Source: Candidatus Omnitrophota bacterium (lineage in GTDB: Bacteria > Omnitrophota > Gorgyraeia > Zapsychrales > Fredricksoniimonadaceae). Taken from it: a stretch of 64,000 bases of DNA. Positions 22,407-31,894 of this stretch are shown here, piece by piece. The stretch is from the NCBI GenBank assembly GCA_903908245.1, contig CAIVRE010000033.1, forward strand, positions 18,172 through 82,171, read 5' to 3'. Below the pieces are notes generated by a model. The model was given only the letters and a program-made list of their open reading frames with translations. It made no database searches and was not told where the DNA came from. The number at the start of each line of letters is the position of its first letter. The stretch's first letter is position 1. Position numbers and translations under genes: made by a program.

Positions 22407-22945
22407 TGAAAAAGCGACAGGTCGTTTTAGGCGTTACCGGAAGTATTGCAGCCTATAAAGCGTGTGATATTGTGCGCCGCTTGCAGGACAAGGGCTGTGA
22501 TGTGACGGTGATCATGACCGATAGCGCGGAAAAATTTGTTACGCCGATGACGTTCGAGGCCTTGTCAGGGCACCCGGTGTATCGTGATATGTTCGCACGG
22601 GATGTTGAGTGGGACATGGCGCATATTTCCCTGGCGAAGAAGGCGGATGTTCTGCTGGTTGCCCCTGCCACGGCCAATACGATCGGCAAGATCGCGTGCG
22701 GCTTGGCAGATGACCTTCTTTCGTGCACCGTAATGACGACCAAAGCGCCGGTCATTATTGCGCCGGCGATGAATACCGATATGCTGGAAAACAGCATCGT
22801 TCAGGAAAATATTTCCCGGCTTAAAAAGCACGGCGTGGGATTTGTTGAGCCGAAAAAGGGCAAGCTTGCATGCGGGGATGTTGGCAAGGGCGCTTTGGCG
22901 GATGTCGAGGATATTGTTAAAGCGGTTTTAGTTCTTTTGAAATAA
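22406..22945 (+). CDS. coaC: Phosphopantothenoylcysteine decarboxylase (CoaC domain only)
   Basis: GVTGSIAAYKA, HISLA, VAPATANTIGK, PAMNTDM, LACGDVGKG; ends at 179 aa with no CoaB domain. Confidence 0.9.
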   Translation: MKKRQVVLGVTGSIAAYKACDIVRRLQDKGCDVTVIMTDSAEKFVTPMTFEALSGHPVYRDMFARDVEWDMAHISLAKKADVLLVAPATANTIGKIACGLADDLLSCTVMTTKAPVIIAPAMNTDMLENSIVQENISRLKKHGVGFVEPKKGKLACGDVGKGALADVEDIVKAVLVLLK

Positions 22946-22951
22946 ATATTT

Positions 22952-22976
22952 GTAGGGGCGGCCCGATGGGTCGCCC
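22952..22976 (+). repeat. GTAG-type REP element
   Basis: GTAG-GGGCGGCCC-gat-GGGTCGCCC palindrome; near-identical to 31847-31871. Confidence 0.8.
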
Positions 22977-23039
22977 GGCGATGTGACGAAACGACCCGAT
23001 GGCTTTGGGTTTTTTTGCTGTGTCCCTGGGAAACATTGT

Positions 23040-23113
23040 GGTGCGATAGCCAAGTGGTTAGGCCGAGGTCTGCAAAACCTCTCACACCGGTTCAATTCCG
23101 GTTCGCACCTCCA
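23040..23113 (+). tRNA. tRNA-Cys (GCA)
   Basis: GGTGCGA/TCGCACC acceptor, GAGGT-CT GCA AA-ACCTC, encoded CCA. Confidence 0.95.
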
Positions 23114-23119
23114 TTTTAC

Positions 23120-23202
23120 GGGTGAGTGGTGGAATGGTATACACGAAGGACTTAAAATCCTTTGGTCGAAAGGCCTTGAGGGTTCGATTCCCTCCTTACC
23201 CA
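23120..23202 (+). tRNA. tRNA-Leu (TAA)
   Basis: GGGTGAG/CTTACCC acceptor, AAGGA-CT TAA AA-TCCTT, long variable arm GGTCGAAAGGCC. Confidence 0.95.
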
Positions 23203-23334
23203 TTGCTTCCTGCCGTAGTCCGTAAAAATTTTTTACCCGAACGGGAAAAATTTTTGTGCTTGTTTGACCGTTGGGTGTAATGAAGATTTTTCTTGTTCGT
23301 TTGTTAGTCTAAAGATATACTTTGTGAAATTTAA

Positions 23335-23412
23335 GGACCCGTAGCTCAGTTTGGTTAGAGCGCTTCCTTGACATGGAAGAGGTCACAAGTTCGAGTCTTG
23401 TCGGGTCCACCA
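23335..23412 (+). tRNA. tRNA-Val (GAC)
   Basis: GGACCCG/CGGGTCC acceptor, CTTCC-TT GAC AT-GGAAG, encoded CCA. Confidence 0.95.
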
Positions 23413-23417
23413 TTTAT

Positions 23418-23450
23418 AAAAAAGCCTTCCGGTTTTCGGAAGGCTTTTTT
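23418..23450 (+). terminator. Intrinsic terminator after tRNA-Val
   Basis: AAAAAAGCCTTCCG-gtttt-CGGAAGGCTTTTTT. Confidence 0.85.
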
Positions 23451-23452
23451 AT

Positions 23453-23581
23453 TGGCAGACTCGACAAGACGAGAACGGAGCCCCGCTGGACGCGACGAAT
23501 AGGAGCGTCCTATAGGCGGGGCGGATGGCCGACCCGGAAGGAGCGAAGCGACTGGAGGGCACCGAGTCTTGTCGGGTCCAC
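23453..23581. mobile_element. tRNA-Val-linked small structured element (non-autonomous)
   Basis: Left end 23453-23476 is an inverted copy of the tRNA 3' end (19/24). Right end 23563-23581 is an exact 19-nt direct copy. Core shared with 40554-40644. Confidence 0.75.
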
Positions 23582-23662
23582 TGGCGCCATCTGCATGTCC
23601 CCTTGTTTTCTTTCTTTTTATAGTAAATACTTAATAGGTTATATGGTGGATACCAACAGGGG

Positions 23663-26600
23663 ATGGGTGTGTTTAAAAGGGTGTTGAGTTCGATACTGAC
23701 CGCTGCGTTGATCTTGACAGCAATTCCTGTCAGGGCAGGGGAACTGTTGCTGCCGCTTCCCGGGGCGATGGTATCCTTGAGCCCTGCCTTTGTGCCGCCG
23801 CTGCTCAAAGGCGTTAAAGTGTATCCTGACGATCCGCTCCGTCTTGATTTTATTCTTGATCAGGGCGACGGCGCAGATGCGGCCGACACGGCCCGTCTTA
23901 TCAAGTATTTTCTTGCCTCCGTTACCGTTCCCGAGAATGATCTTTGGGTCAATCTTTCTCCGTATGAAAAAGACCGCATCATTCCCGATTCCTTTGGCGT
24001 GACGGAAATGGGCCGCGATCTTTTGAACCAGGATTACATGCTTAAGCAGATCACGGCTTCCGTGATCTATCCGGAAGGAGAGACGGGCAAGGCGTTCTGG
24101 TCCAGGGTTTATGCCGAAGCGCAAAAGCGGTTTGGAACGACGGACATTCCGGTCGACACCTTTAACAAGGTTTGGATCGTCCCCCAGAAGGCCGTGGTCT
24201 ACGAGAGTAAAGATTCAGCCTATGTCGTTGAGAGCCGGCTGAAGGTCATGTTAGACGCGGATTATTTGGCGTCGTCGAACAATGCGCTGCCGGGTGATGG
24301 CAAAGATGATATTGCCAGGCAAGTCCTTCGTGAAGTTGTCATTCCCATTCTCGAGAAAGAAGTTAATGAAGGAAGGAATTTCGCCCAGCTCCGGCAGGTT
24401 TATCATTCCTTGATCCTTGCCGTCTGGTACAAGGACGCGATCAAAGAAAGCCTTTTTGGCAAAGCCTATGTTGACCGGAAGAAGACCGGCGGGGTGGATA
24501 TTGAGGACAAGGCCGCAAAGGACAAGATCTGGGCGCAGTATGTGGAGGCCTTCAAGAAGGGTGCATACAATTATATCAAGGAAGAGGTCGATCCTGCGAC
24601 CGAGCAGGCTGTTCCCCGGAAATATTTTTCCGGAGGATTGAGATTGAATGTGAGCGCTGTCAAAGAATCCGCGCCTCGATCCCGTGTGCCCGAAGGCTTG
24701 AACCATGCGCAGGTCGTTAAAGTGGAGCTTGATGCGACAGGAAAGAGTGTCCTTGCGCAACGGATACCGCTTCTTTCCGCCGGTCGCGTGACCTATGGCC
24801 AGGGGGAATACACGGTCAGGCATACGGACCGCACGCAGACATTTAAAAGCTGGATGAGCCTGGCCCGTTCGCTTCTTCATGCATATGACAGTGAATTCAC
24901 GAAACTTTTAAAGAGGGATATCGAACCGGAAAACGCCGCCGGTATCCGTCGGATCATTGAGCTTCTGCGTGACGGGCTTGGGCGGGATATTGCCAGTATC
25001 CTTGAGATGCGGACCGGAGACATTCAAAGGCGTATTGATGTGATGCGCACGGCCGTTCAGGAAAACAAGCCGGAAATCTTTATGGACAGCGCGAATGGAC
25101 TTAACCAGTTGTCATGGGCCAAAGAGCCGGAGCTTGAGGGGGTATATGCCCAGCTTCATGAGGCGCTGAGGATCGCACGGGATGAGGGGATGGTCAAATC
25201 CGCGAACAAGATCTTTGAGGCATTGAATGAGGCGAGCCGAAGGCTTAAGCTTCAGGACGACCTGACAGTTCTTTTTAACCGCTATCAGCGGGCTTATGTA
25301 ATGGAGAGGGGGAGGGGCGGCAATATTCCTGACGATAAAGCGCGCGCCCTGGCGTTCGCCCTGGCGCTTAAGGCGGGGCGGTTCTCCAGCAGTGCCGATC
25401 AGAGTCCAAGGCTGACGCTCCTTTTTTATCAACTGGCATATGTTTCTGCGCGCGAGCATCCGGATTTTTTTAAAGCGCTCAATACACGTATTCATCACCG
25501 CGGGCTTGTGGAGCAGAAGAATGTCATGCAGGAAAGTTTACCGGGGCTTTTTGATCCGATCAAGCCGGCCGGGGTTTCGGTCCCAGCCGTTGTCGCCGAG
25601 GCATGGTCGCGCCTTGACGCTGCCCGGTCTGGAGCCCGCCTGCCGCTGGCCGTGGATACGGCCGGGAAGGCTGATCGCGCGGAGGCGGCCGTTGATCCTC
25701 AAGAGATCAATGATCCGCAGGCGGTCTCTGATTATATTGATCGACTGATCGCGGATATTAACAAGCAGCCGGGAGAGAAAGTATTCCGGGTGACGGTCAT
25801 GGCCGATCCGGGGAAATATGAAGGATCTTTTTACAAACCTCTTTATGATCTTTTCTTTGCAAAGTTGCTGGTTGATTTTGACGGGGCCGGGGACTTTGTC
25901 AGCCGTGCGCGCGCGACCTTGTCCGCAGGCGGAGTTCAAGCGTTGCGGACGGAGCTGGATGATCCTTCTGGCCTTTTGTTTTCATCCTTCCTGGGCATTA
26001 AGCCAAACGGCCGAACGCAAGGCGTTCCGTTCGACCTTTACAGCATCTTGCTTTTTTCCCTGACGGTCAATCTGGAGGGTTATCTCGGGCATCTCTATGA
26101 TGAAATGATCATTACCAGGCCGGAGATCGCGATCGCAAGAGAGGGTGTTTCGTATCATACCCGCGCGGAAAGCACCATTTTCCCGCGTGATAAAAAGATC
26201 CTGCGCGGCAGGACGAGGTCGGTTGAAAGGTATCAGTCGATCTATCGCGGTTATATGAGATCATCCAGGCTGGAAGATCAGCGCAGCTCAGAGCATGCCC
26301 GCAAGATCGAGGAGGGGATCGCCCTATGGAAGAAGAAAGCACAGGAACCGGGATATGAGCATCTTAAGCGGCGCAGCACCCGTTTCATGGAAGATACGGT
26401 GGTGGTGGAGTACGATTCGGACCTGCCGCTGATCATTGCGGATACTGAACGCAATGTGGCACGGGTCCTTCAAGTGGAACGGCAGGCGCACGCGTTCGTT
26501 TTTTCGAGCGCCTTTCTTGACAGCGCTTCTCCCGAAGAGATCGCGATCTGGCTTAATTTTGGGCAGGAGTGGCTGGATATTTATGGCAATATCTCGAGTA

Positions 26601-27718
26601 AAGAAGAGATCCAGGAGATGTATGAAGTGCTGGAAGAAGAGCGGGCAAAACTGAATGTGCATTTTTTTAGTATTGAAGACAGTCATTTGATGTCAACCGG
26701 AACGTTCAAGAAGCGCATTGCGGAGCTGATGCGGGCGCATGTGCTCAAGCGATCCCAGCATTTGATGAAACTGATCGCTTTTAATGAAGAAAAAGCCGAG
26801 GACGTCCTGCGGCGCGTCGGGGAGAAGATGAACGTGGACCCGTCCCGGCAACGGGATATGGATTTCGGATATCTGGTCAGGGGCGAGTTTCTTGAGGCGC
26901 TTGGCCTTCTGAGGGACCTTCTTAATATGTATGAAGCTGTCGGGATGCATGCGCATGCCGCAAAGATCTTTTATGAGATCGTTTATACAACGGCCGGCGT
27001 CCAGTTTTATGATCCGGGCGGGATACTTCCTCATTCCCTGCAGAACGACCTTGTTTTTATGGCATTGCGCCTGGGGCTGTGGGGTGATTTTTTAAACGAG
27101 CTTGATATTCTTTTTACGGCAAAGACGGATGTTGTGTTTTATGAAGGGACCAAAAGGCCGGATCCGCTCAAAAGCATCAAAAAAGAATTCCGGGATGGAT
27201 CGCCAAGGAACGGGTATCCGAGGCCCATGTATGAGGAGAATATTGCTCCCATGAAAATGCTGACGGATTCCATTATGCTTCGAAGGAAATTGAGGACCGT
27301 GATGGCGGCCCAGTTGTCGGCGACACCCGTGGAAAAACGTGACGAGGTGAAGGGGTATGTGGAAATGGCGGACATCATGATCAAAACATTTTTGCGTACC
27401 CGGTTCCGCAATGTGAAAGCTGAGGCGTTCCCCGGGGATGACCCTGTGCCAGGATCGGTGGCGGGAAACGATGACCGCGCGGAGACGGGCGGTATCGATC
27501 TGACCCGCGGCCGGATGGATATTGAGACCGGCCGTGAGGGGCAAAACGTCGAATTCCATTTCGATCCGGCCAATGCGGCGCAACGGGAACAATTGCAGAA
27601 CGCCACGGGTTTCACACCGGTCATTATTGACATTGCGCCCATGACAACGACAGTGCCCATGTTCCTTGGAATTTCCGACGGGTTGACCGCTTTCTCCGGC
27701 GGGTCACTCTCCGGCTGA
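23663..27718 (+). CDS. Large secreted modular protein (1351 aa): conserved N-terminal domain, unassigned middle, GGIDL C-terminal motif
   Basis: Sec-type signal peptide (…LILTAIPVRA|GE); N-terminal domain paralogous to the ORF at 63537; C-terminal GGIDLTRGRM...GFTPVIIDIAP. Confidence 0.85.
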   Translation: MGVFKRVLSSILTAALILTAIPVRAGELLLPLPGAMVSLSPAFVPPLLKGVKVYPDDPLRLDFILDQGDGADAADTARLIKYFLASVTVPENDLWVNLSPYEKDRIIPDSFGVTEMGRDLLNQDYMLKQITASVIYPEGETGKAFWSRVYAEAQKRFGTTDIPVDTFNKVWIVPQKAVVYESKDSAYVVESRLKVMLDADYLASSNNALPGDGKDDIARQVLREVVIPILEKEVNEGRNFAQLRQVYHSLILAVWYKDAIKESLFGKAYVDRKKTGGVDIEDKAAKDKIWAQYVEAFKKGAYNYIKEEVDPATEQAVPRKYFSGGLRLNVSAVKESAPRSRVPEGLNHAQVVKVELDATGKSVLAQRIPLLSAGRVTYGQGEYTVRHTDRTQTFKSWMSLARSLLHAYDSEFTKLLKRDIEPENAAGIRRIIELLRDGLGRDIASILEMRTGDIQRRIDVMRTAVQENKPEIFMDSANGLNQLSWAKEPELEGVYAQLHEALRIARDEGMVKSANKIFEALNEASRRLKLQDDLTVLFNRYQRAYVMERGRGGNIPDDKARALAFALALKAGRFSSSADQSPRLTLLFYQLAYVSAREHPDFFKALNTRIHHRGLVEQKNVMQESLPGLFDPIKPAGVSVPAVVAEAWSRLDAARSGARLPLAVDTAGKADRAEAAVDPQEINDPQAVSDYIDRLIADINKQPGEKVFRVTVMADPGKYEGSFYKPLYDLFFAKLLVDFDGAGDFVSRARATLSAGGVQALRTELDDPSGLLFSSFLGIKPNGRTQGVPFDLYSILLFSLTVNLEGYLGHLYDEMIITRPEIAIAREGVSYHTRAESTIFPRDKKILRGRTRSVERYQSIYRGYMRSSRLEDQRSSEHARKIEEGIALWKKKAQEPGYEHLKRRSTRFMEDTVVVEYDSDLPLIIADTERNVARVLQVERQAHAFVFSSAFLDSASPEEIAIWLNFGQEWLDIYGNISSKEEIQEMYEVLEEERAKLNVHFFSIEDSHLMSTGTFKKRIAELMRAHVLKRSQHLMKLIAFNEEKAEDVLRRVGEKMNVDPSRQRDMDFGYLVRGEFLEALGLLRDLLNMYEAVGMHAHAAKIFYEIVYTTAGVQFYDPGGILPHSLQNDLVFMALRLGLWGDFLNELDILFTAKTDVVFYEGTKRPDPLKSIKKEFRDGSPRNGYPRPMYEENIAPMKMLTDSIMLRRKLRTVMAAQLSATPVEKRDEVKGYVEMADIMIKTFLRTRFRNVKAEAFPGDDPVPGSVAGNDDRAETGGIDLTRGRMDIETGREGQNVEFHFDPANAAQREQLQNATGFTPVIIDIAPMTTTVPMFLGISDGLTAFSGGSLSG

Positions 27719-27793
27719 TCTTCCGGGATGATAATCGGGGTCATGAAAATTCTATTTGGTCTTCTGACGGGCGGGTGATATACTTTGCCGATT

Positions 27794-29527
27794 ATGGACT
27801 ATACACGAGATATTGACAAGCTGCGTCACAGCTGTTCCCACGTTCTTGCGCAAGCAGTTAAAGAGCTTTGGCCCGAGGTGAAGGTTGCCATCGGCCCGGC
27901 CATTGATTCCGGCTTTTACTACGACTTCGACAAGAAAGAACCGTTCACGGATGCCGACCTGGCGGCTATTACCAAGGGCATGCAGAAGATCATCAACCGC
28001 AACCTTCCGCTGGTCCAGTCGTTTATGGACAGGAAAGAAGCCGCCGGGCTGTTCCGCAAACAGGGTGAAATATATAAGGCCGAGCTTGCCGAAGGGATCC
28101 CTGACGAGCAGGTCTCTATTTTTACGACGGGTTCCGGCGAATTCATGGACCTGTGCAAAGGGCCGCATATCGTCTCCACCCAGGAGATCAAGGCGTTCAA
28201 GCTTTTGTCCGTTGCCGGCGCGTATTGGCGCGGCAATGAAAAGAACGCCATGCTCCAGCGCATTTACGGCACGTGTTTTCCGTCGAAGGAAGAGCTTGTC
28301 GCGTATTTGAAGATGCTTGACGAGGCGGACAAGCGTGACCATCGCAAGATCGGGGCCGCGCTGGACCTTTTCCATATTTATCAGGAAGAGGCCGGGGCCG
28401 GACTGGTGTTCTATCATCCCAAGGGCGCCCTGATGCGCAAGATCCTAGAGGATTTCACCAAAGACCTGCATTTAAAGCGCGGATATGACCTGGTGATGAC
28501 GCCCAACTTTCTTCGCGGGAAGCTGTGGGAGATCTCCGGCCATGCCGAGCATTACCGCGCCAACATGTATTATTTCAAGCTCGACGGGGAAGAATATGCG
28601 GTCAAGCCCATGAATTGCCCCGGGCATATGTTGATCTATAAATCAAAACTGCATTCCTATCGTGAATTCCCCATCAAGTATTTTGAGCTTGGCACGGTGT
28701 ATCGTTATGAAAAAGCCGGCGTGTTGCACGGGCTCCTGCGCGTGCGCGGATTTACCCAGGATGACGGGCATATTTTTTGCCGCCGGGACCAGGTGCAGGA
28801 AGAGATCGAGAAAGTGCTTGATCTTGCGTTCGAGCTTCTTTCGGCTTTCGGGTTCAAGGATTATGTGATCGAGCTCAGTACTCAGCCGGCAAGCCATATT
28901 GGAAAACAGGAAGACTGGGACCTGGCAACGGTGGCGCTCAAGAACGCGCTGGACAATAAAAAGATCGCTTATCAGGTTAACGAAGGCGATGGCGCTTTTT
29001 ATGGGCCGAAGATCGATCTGAAGCTCAAGGACGCGCTGGGCCGTCAGTGGCAGTGCACGACCATTCAGTGCGATTTTGCCCTGCCGGAGCGGTTCGATCT
29101 TACATATATCAATGACCAGGGCAAGGAAGAGCGGCCGATCATGCTGCATCGGGCCCTGTTTGGAAGCGTGGAGCGGTTCTTCGGGACATTGATCGAGCAT
29201 TATGCCGGGAATTTCCCGTTGTGGCTTTCTCCGGTCCAGGTGAATATTATTCCCATTTCTCCCGAGCATGATGCTTTTGCCCGTGAGGCGGCGGATAAAA
29301 TGCGCGAGGGCGGCCTGCGCGTTGAGGTCGATGCGCGCAATGAATCGCTGGGCAAGCGCATCCGGGAGGGCCGTCTGGCGCGGATCCCTTATATGTTCGT
29401 CATAGGGGACAAGGAAGTGGAAGCCCGCAAGGTCGCGGTGCGAAAACGTCCGGAGACCGATCTTGGGCAAATGGCCCTGGAGGATTTTTTGGCCCGGGCG
29501 CAGAAAGAGATTGTTGACAAAAGCTAG
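27794..29527 (+). CDS. thrS: Threonine--tRNA ligase (no N-terminal TGS domain)
   Basis: LRHSCSHVLAQAV, DLCKGPH, AGAYWRG, RDHRKIG, KPMNCPGH, GAFYGPKID, HRALFGSVERF. Confidence 0.97.
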   Translation: MDYTRDIDKLRHSCSHVLAQAVKELWPEVKVAIGPAIDSGFYYDFDKKEPFTDADLAAITKGMQKIINRNLPLVQSFMDRKEAAGLFRKQGEIYKAELAEGIPDEQVSIFTTGSGEFMDLCKGPHIVSTQEIKAFKLLSVAGAYWRGNEKNAMLQRIYGTCFPSKEELVAYLKMLDEADKRDHRKIGAALDLFHIYQEEAGAGLVFYHPKGALMRKILEDFTKDLHLKRGYDLVMTPNFLRGKLWEISGHAEHYRANMYYFKLDGEEYAVKPMNCPGHMLIYKSKLHSYREFPIKYFELGTVYRYEKAGVLHGLLRVRGFTQDDGHIFCRRDQVQEEIEKVLDLAFELLSAFGFKDYVIELSTQPASHIGKQEDWDLATVALKNALDNKKIAYQVNEGDGAFYGPKIDLKLKDALGRQWQCTTIQCDFALPERFDLTYINDQGKEERPIMLHRALFGSVERFFGTLIEHYAGNFPLWLSPVQVNIIPISPEHDAFAREAADKMREGGLRVEVDARNESLGKRIREGRLARIPYMFVIGDKEVEARKVAVRKRPETDLGQMALEDFLARAQKEIVDKS

Positions 29528-29597
29528 TTTTTAAAGATAATGAGAGCACTTTTAGCCCCGATTTATAGAGGGGTCAATCTGTATTGAGGAGAGTTTT

Positions 29598-30116
29598 ATC
29601 CAAAAACGTATTCGAATTAACGAACAGATCCGCGTACCTGAAGTCCGCGTGATCGGCCCTGAAGCGGAACAGCTGGGCGTAGTGACCATCGCACGTGCAC
29701 AGGAGCTTGCCGAACAGTTCGCGCTCGACCTGGTGGAAGTTGCCCCGACGGGAAAACCGCCGGTGTGCCGTATCATGGATTACACGAAATACAAGTACGA
29801 GCAGGAAAAAAAAGAACGTAAGGCGCGCCGGCATACGCATATTTCCCAGCTTAAACAGATCCGTATCAAGCCGCATATTGACGAGCACGACCTGGTCACG
29901 AAAATAAATCAGGGGCGTGCGTTTTTGGAGAAGAAGGACAGGGTCAGGGTCAACCTGTTCTTTTCGGGGCGTGAAATGGCATTCAAGGAGCAGGCCAGAG
30001 CGCTTTTAACGAAGTTTGTAACGGATACGGCCGATATCGCCCAGCTTGAGAAGGATGTCATTCTTGAGGGGCGTATCATGTCGATCATTATCGCGCCGAA
30101 AGCCGATACAAAATAA
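29598..30116 (+). CDS. infC: Translation initiation factor IF-3 (probable ATC start)
   Basis: In-frame IQKRIRINEQIRVPEVRVIG...LDLVEVAP...PPVCRIMDY; GAGGAG 6 nt before ATC 29598. Confidence 0.92.
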   Translation: MQKRIRINEQIRVPEVRVIGPEAEQLGVVTIARAQELAEQFALDLVEVAPTGKPPVCRIMDYTKYKYEQEKKERKARRHTHISQLKQIRIKPHIDEHDLVTKINQGRAFLEKKDRVRVNLFFSGREMAFKEQARALLTKFVTDTADIAQLEKDVILEGRIMSIIIAPKADTK

Positions 30117-30127
30117 AAAGGTGAATT

Positions 30128-30325
30128 ATGCCGAAATTAAAAACAAAAAAGGGCGTTGCCAAACGCTTTAAGATCACCAAGTCAGGTTTGGTCAAGAAGA
30201 AGAGCGGCAATCGCGGACACCTCCTGTCAAAGAGGTCGAGCAAACGCAAGCGCAGATTACGCAAGAGCGATTATCTGACGCCGGTGGAAGGCAAGAAGGT
30301 CAGGAGGATGATGCCGTATGGTTAG
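30128..30325 (+). CDS. rpmI: 50S ribosomal protein L35
   Basis: MPKLKTKKGVAKRFKITKSG; infC-rpmI-rplT order. Confidence 0.96.
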   Translation: MPKLKTKKGVAKRFKITKSGLVKKKSGNRGHLLSKRSSKRKRRLRKSDYLTPVEGKKVRRMMPYG

Positions 30326-30707
30326 AATCAAGAATTCCATTGCGCGCAAGAAGGGGCGTAAACGCGTCTTTCGCGCTACAAAAGGTTTTTACGGTCAGAA
30401 AAAGAACCGCTGGGGGCAGGCGATACGCGCGCTTATCAAGGCGCTGCGTTATCATACCAAGCACCGTAAGGCACGCGCGCGGGATTTTCGTCGTTTATGG
30501 ATCGCCCGTGTGAATGCAGCGAGTCAGATGGAAGGCCTTACGTACAGCCGCCTTATCCGCGGCCTTAAGGAAGCCAAGATCGAACTCAACCGCAAGATGC
30601 TCGCGGAGATCGCCATTAATGATCAGGCCACCTTCAACAAGATCGTCAGCGCTGCCAATAAAGCGTTGCCGGCGAATGTTACACGGAAGAAGGCCGACAA
30701 GAAGTGA
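30318..30707 (+). CDS. rplT: 50S ribosomal protein L20
   Basis: RDFRRLWIARVNAA...YSRLIRGLKEAKIELNRKMLAEIA. Confidence 0.96.
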   Translation: MVRIKNSIARKKGRKRVFRATKGFYGQKKNRWGQAIRALIKALRYHTKHRKARARDFRRLWIARVNAASQMEGLTYSRLIRGLKEAKIELNRKMLAEIAINDQATFNKIVSAANKALPANVTRKKADKK

Positions 30708-30729
30708 TCTTTGGGAAGAAGTTCCAGTA

Positions 30730-30760
30730 AAGGCCCTTGTGAAAACAAGGGCTTTTTCTT
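30730..30760 (+). terminator. Intrinsic terminator after rplT
   Basis: GCCCTTG-tgaaaa-CAAGGGC-TTTTTCTTT. Confidence 0.75.
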
Positions 30761-30784
30761 TGACGTTATGATATAAGAGATGCT

Positions 30785-31798
30785 ATGCCTTGGGATATTG
30801 AGAAAATAAAAGCGGACGTTTCTTGGGATGTGCAGGCGGCGGGAACGCCGGATGCGCTGGAAGCGGTGCGCCTGAAATATCTTGGCAAGAAAGGCCTGGT
30901 GCCGGCAATGTACGCCGGGCTGGGGAGCGCCTCTTCCGATGAAAAGAAGGCTCTGGGTAAAGGGGCCAATGACATCAAGGTCCTGGCGGAAAATCTGATC
31001 ACGGAGCGCAAGGCGGCGTTATTGCTTTCGGCGAAGAAAGCCGATGCGCTGGATGTGACGATCCCGGGTGTACAGCGCGGGCTTGGCTCGCGGCATTTGC
31101 TGGACCAGACCGTGGAAGAGATCTGTGATGTTTTTAAGAACATGGGGTTTGTTATTCAGCGTGGCCCCGAGATCGAAAGCGAGTTCTATAATTTTTCCGC
31201 CTTGAATATTCCGCTCGACCATCCGTCGCGCGATTCCTTTGATACGTTTTATCTGGATGCCAAAGATCCGGCGGCTGCGGGCCGGTATTTGCTCCTGCGC
31301 AGCCACACATCGCCGGGGCAGGTGCGCGTGATGCAAAAGCATACGCCGCCGATGGCGGTGATCATTCCGGGCAAGGTTTACCGGCCGGATGCGGTCGACG
31401 CCAGCCATTCGTTCATGTTCCATCAGATCGAGGGTTTGCTGGTCGACAAGAATGTGACTTTCGCGGATCTCAAGGGTTTGCTGACGGCGTTTTGCAGAAA
31501 ATATTTCGGGGAGGATGTGAAGATGCGGTTCCGTCCGCATTTTTTCCCGTTCACGGAGCCATCGGCGGAGGTGGATATCCAGTCGAATATTTTTAAAGGC
31601 CGGGCGGGCAAGTGGCTTGAGATCCTGGGTTGCGGGATGGTGCATCCCAAGGTGTTCGAGGCCGCGGGTTATCCGGCGGGCGAGCATTCGGGTTTTGCGT
31701 TCGGGATGGGCGTGGAACGGATCGCCATGCTCAAGCATGGCATCGGGGATATCCGGACATTTGTTGAGAATGACGTGCGGTTCCTGAAACAATTTTAA
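30785..31798 (+). CDS. pheS: Phenylalanine--tRNA ligase alpha subunit
   Basis: HPSRDSFDTFY, LLRSHTSPGQ, FHQIEGL, FPFTEPSAE, GFAFGMGVER. Confidence 0.97.
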   Translation: MPWDIEKIKADVSWDVQAAGTPDALEAVRLKYLGKKGLVPAMYAGLGSASSDEKKALGKGANDIKVLAENLITERKAALLLSAKKADALDVTIPGVQRGLGSRHLLDQTVEEICDVFKNMGFVIQRGPEIESEFYNFSALNIPLDHPSRDSFDTFYLDAKDPAAAGRYLLLRSHTSPGQVRVMQKHTPPMAVIIPGKVYRPDAVDASHSFMFHQIEGLLVDKNVTFADLKGLLTAFCRKYFGEDVKMRFRPHFFPFTEPSAEVDIQSNIFKGRAGKWLEILGCGMVHPKVFEAAGYPAGEHSGFAFGMGVERIAMLKHGIGDIRTFVENDVRFLKQF

Positions 31799-31807
31799 TG
31801 TTGTTTT

Positions 31808-31871
31808 GGGCGAGGCGCCGCCTCGCCCCTACTCGCATGTACGAGTGTAGGGGCGACCCGATGGGTCGCCC
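31808..31871. repeat. Pair of inverted GTAG-type REPs (REPIN-like) between pheS and pheT
   Basis: GGGCGAGGCGCCGCCTCGCCCCTAC (minus-strand REP), spacer, GTAGGGGCGACCCGATGGGTCGCCC. Confidence 0.8.
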
Positions 31872-31894
31872 GGTGATTAAACGATACGGATCTT

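Noticed and set aside
22928-23808. Short ORFs across the tRNA cluster
   Set aside because: They run through tRNA genes and repeats and are spurious.
23335-27718. Integrated genomic island or prophage at tRNA-Val
   Set aside because: The att-like duplicate lies only about 150 nt downstream of the tRNA and before the large gene. No integrase or distal repeat was seen.
27719-27793. T-box or attenuator upstream of thrS (also checked before pheS)
   Set aside because: The leaders are too short and lack the T-box consensus.
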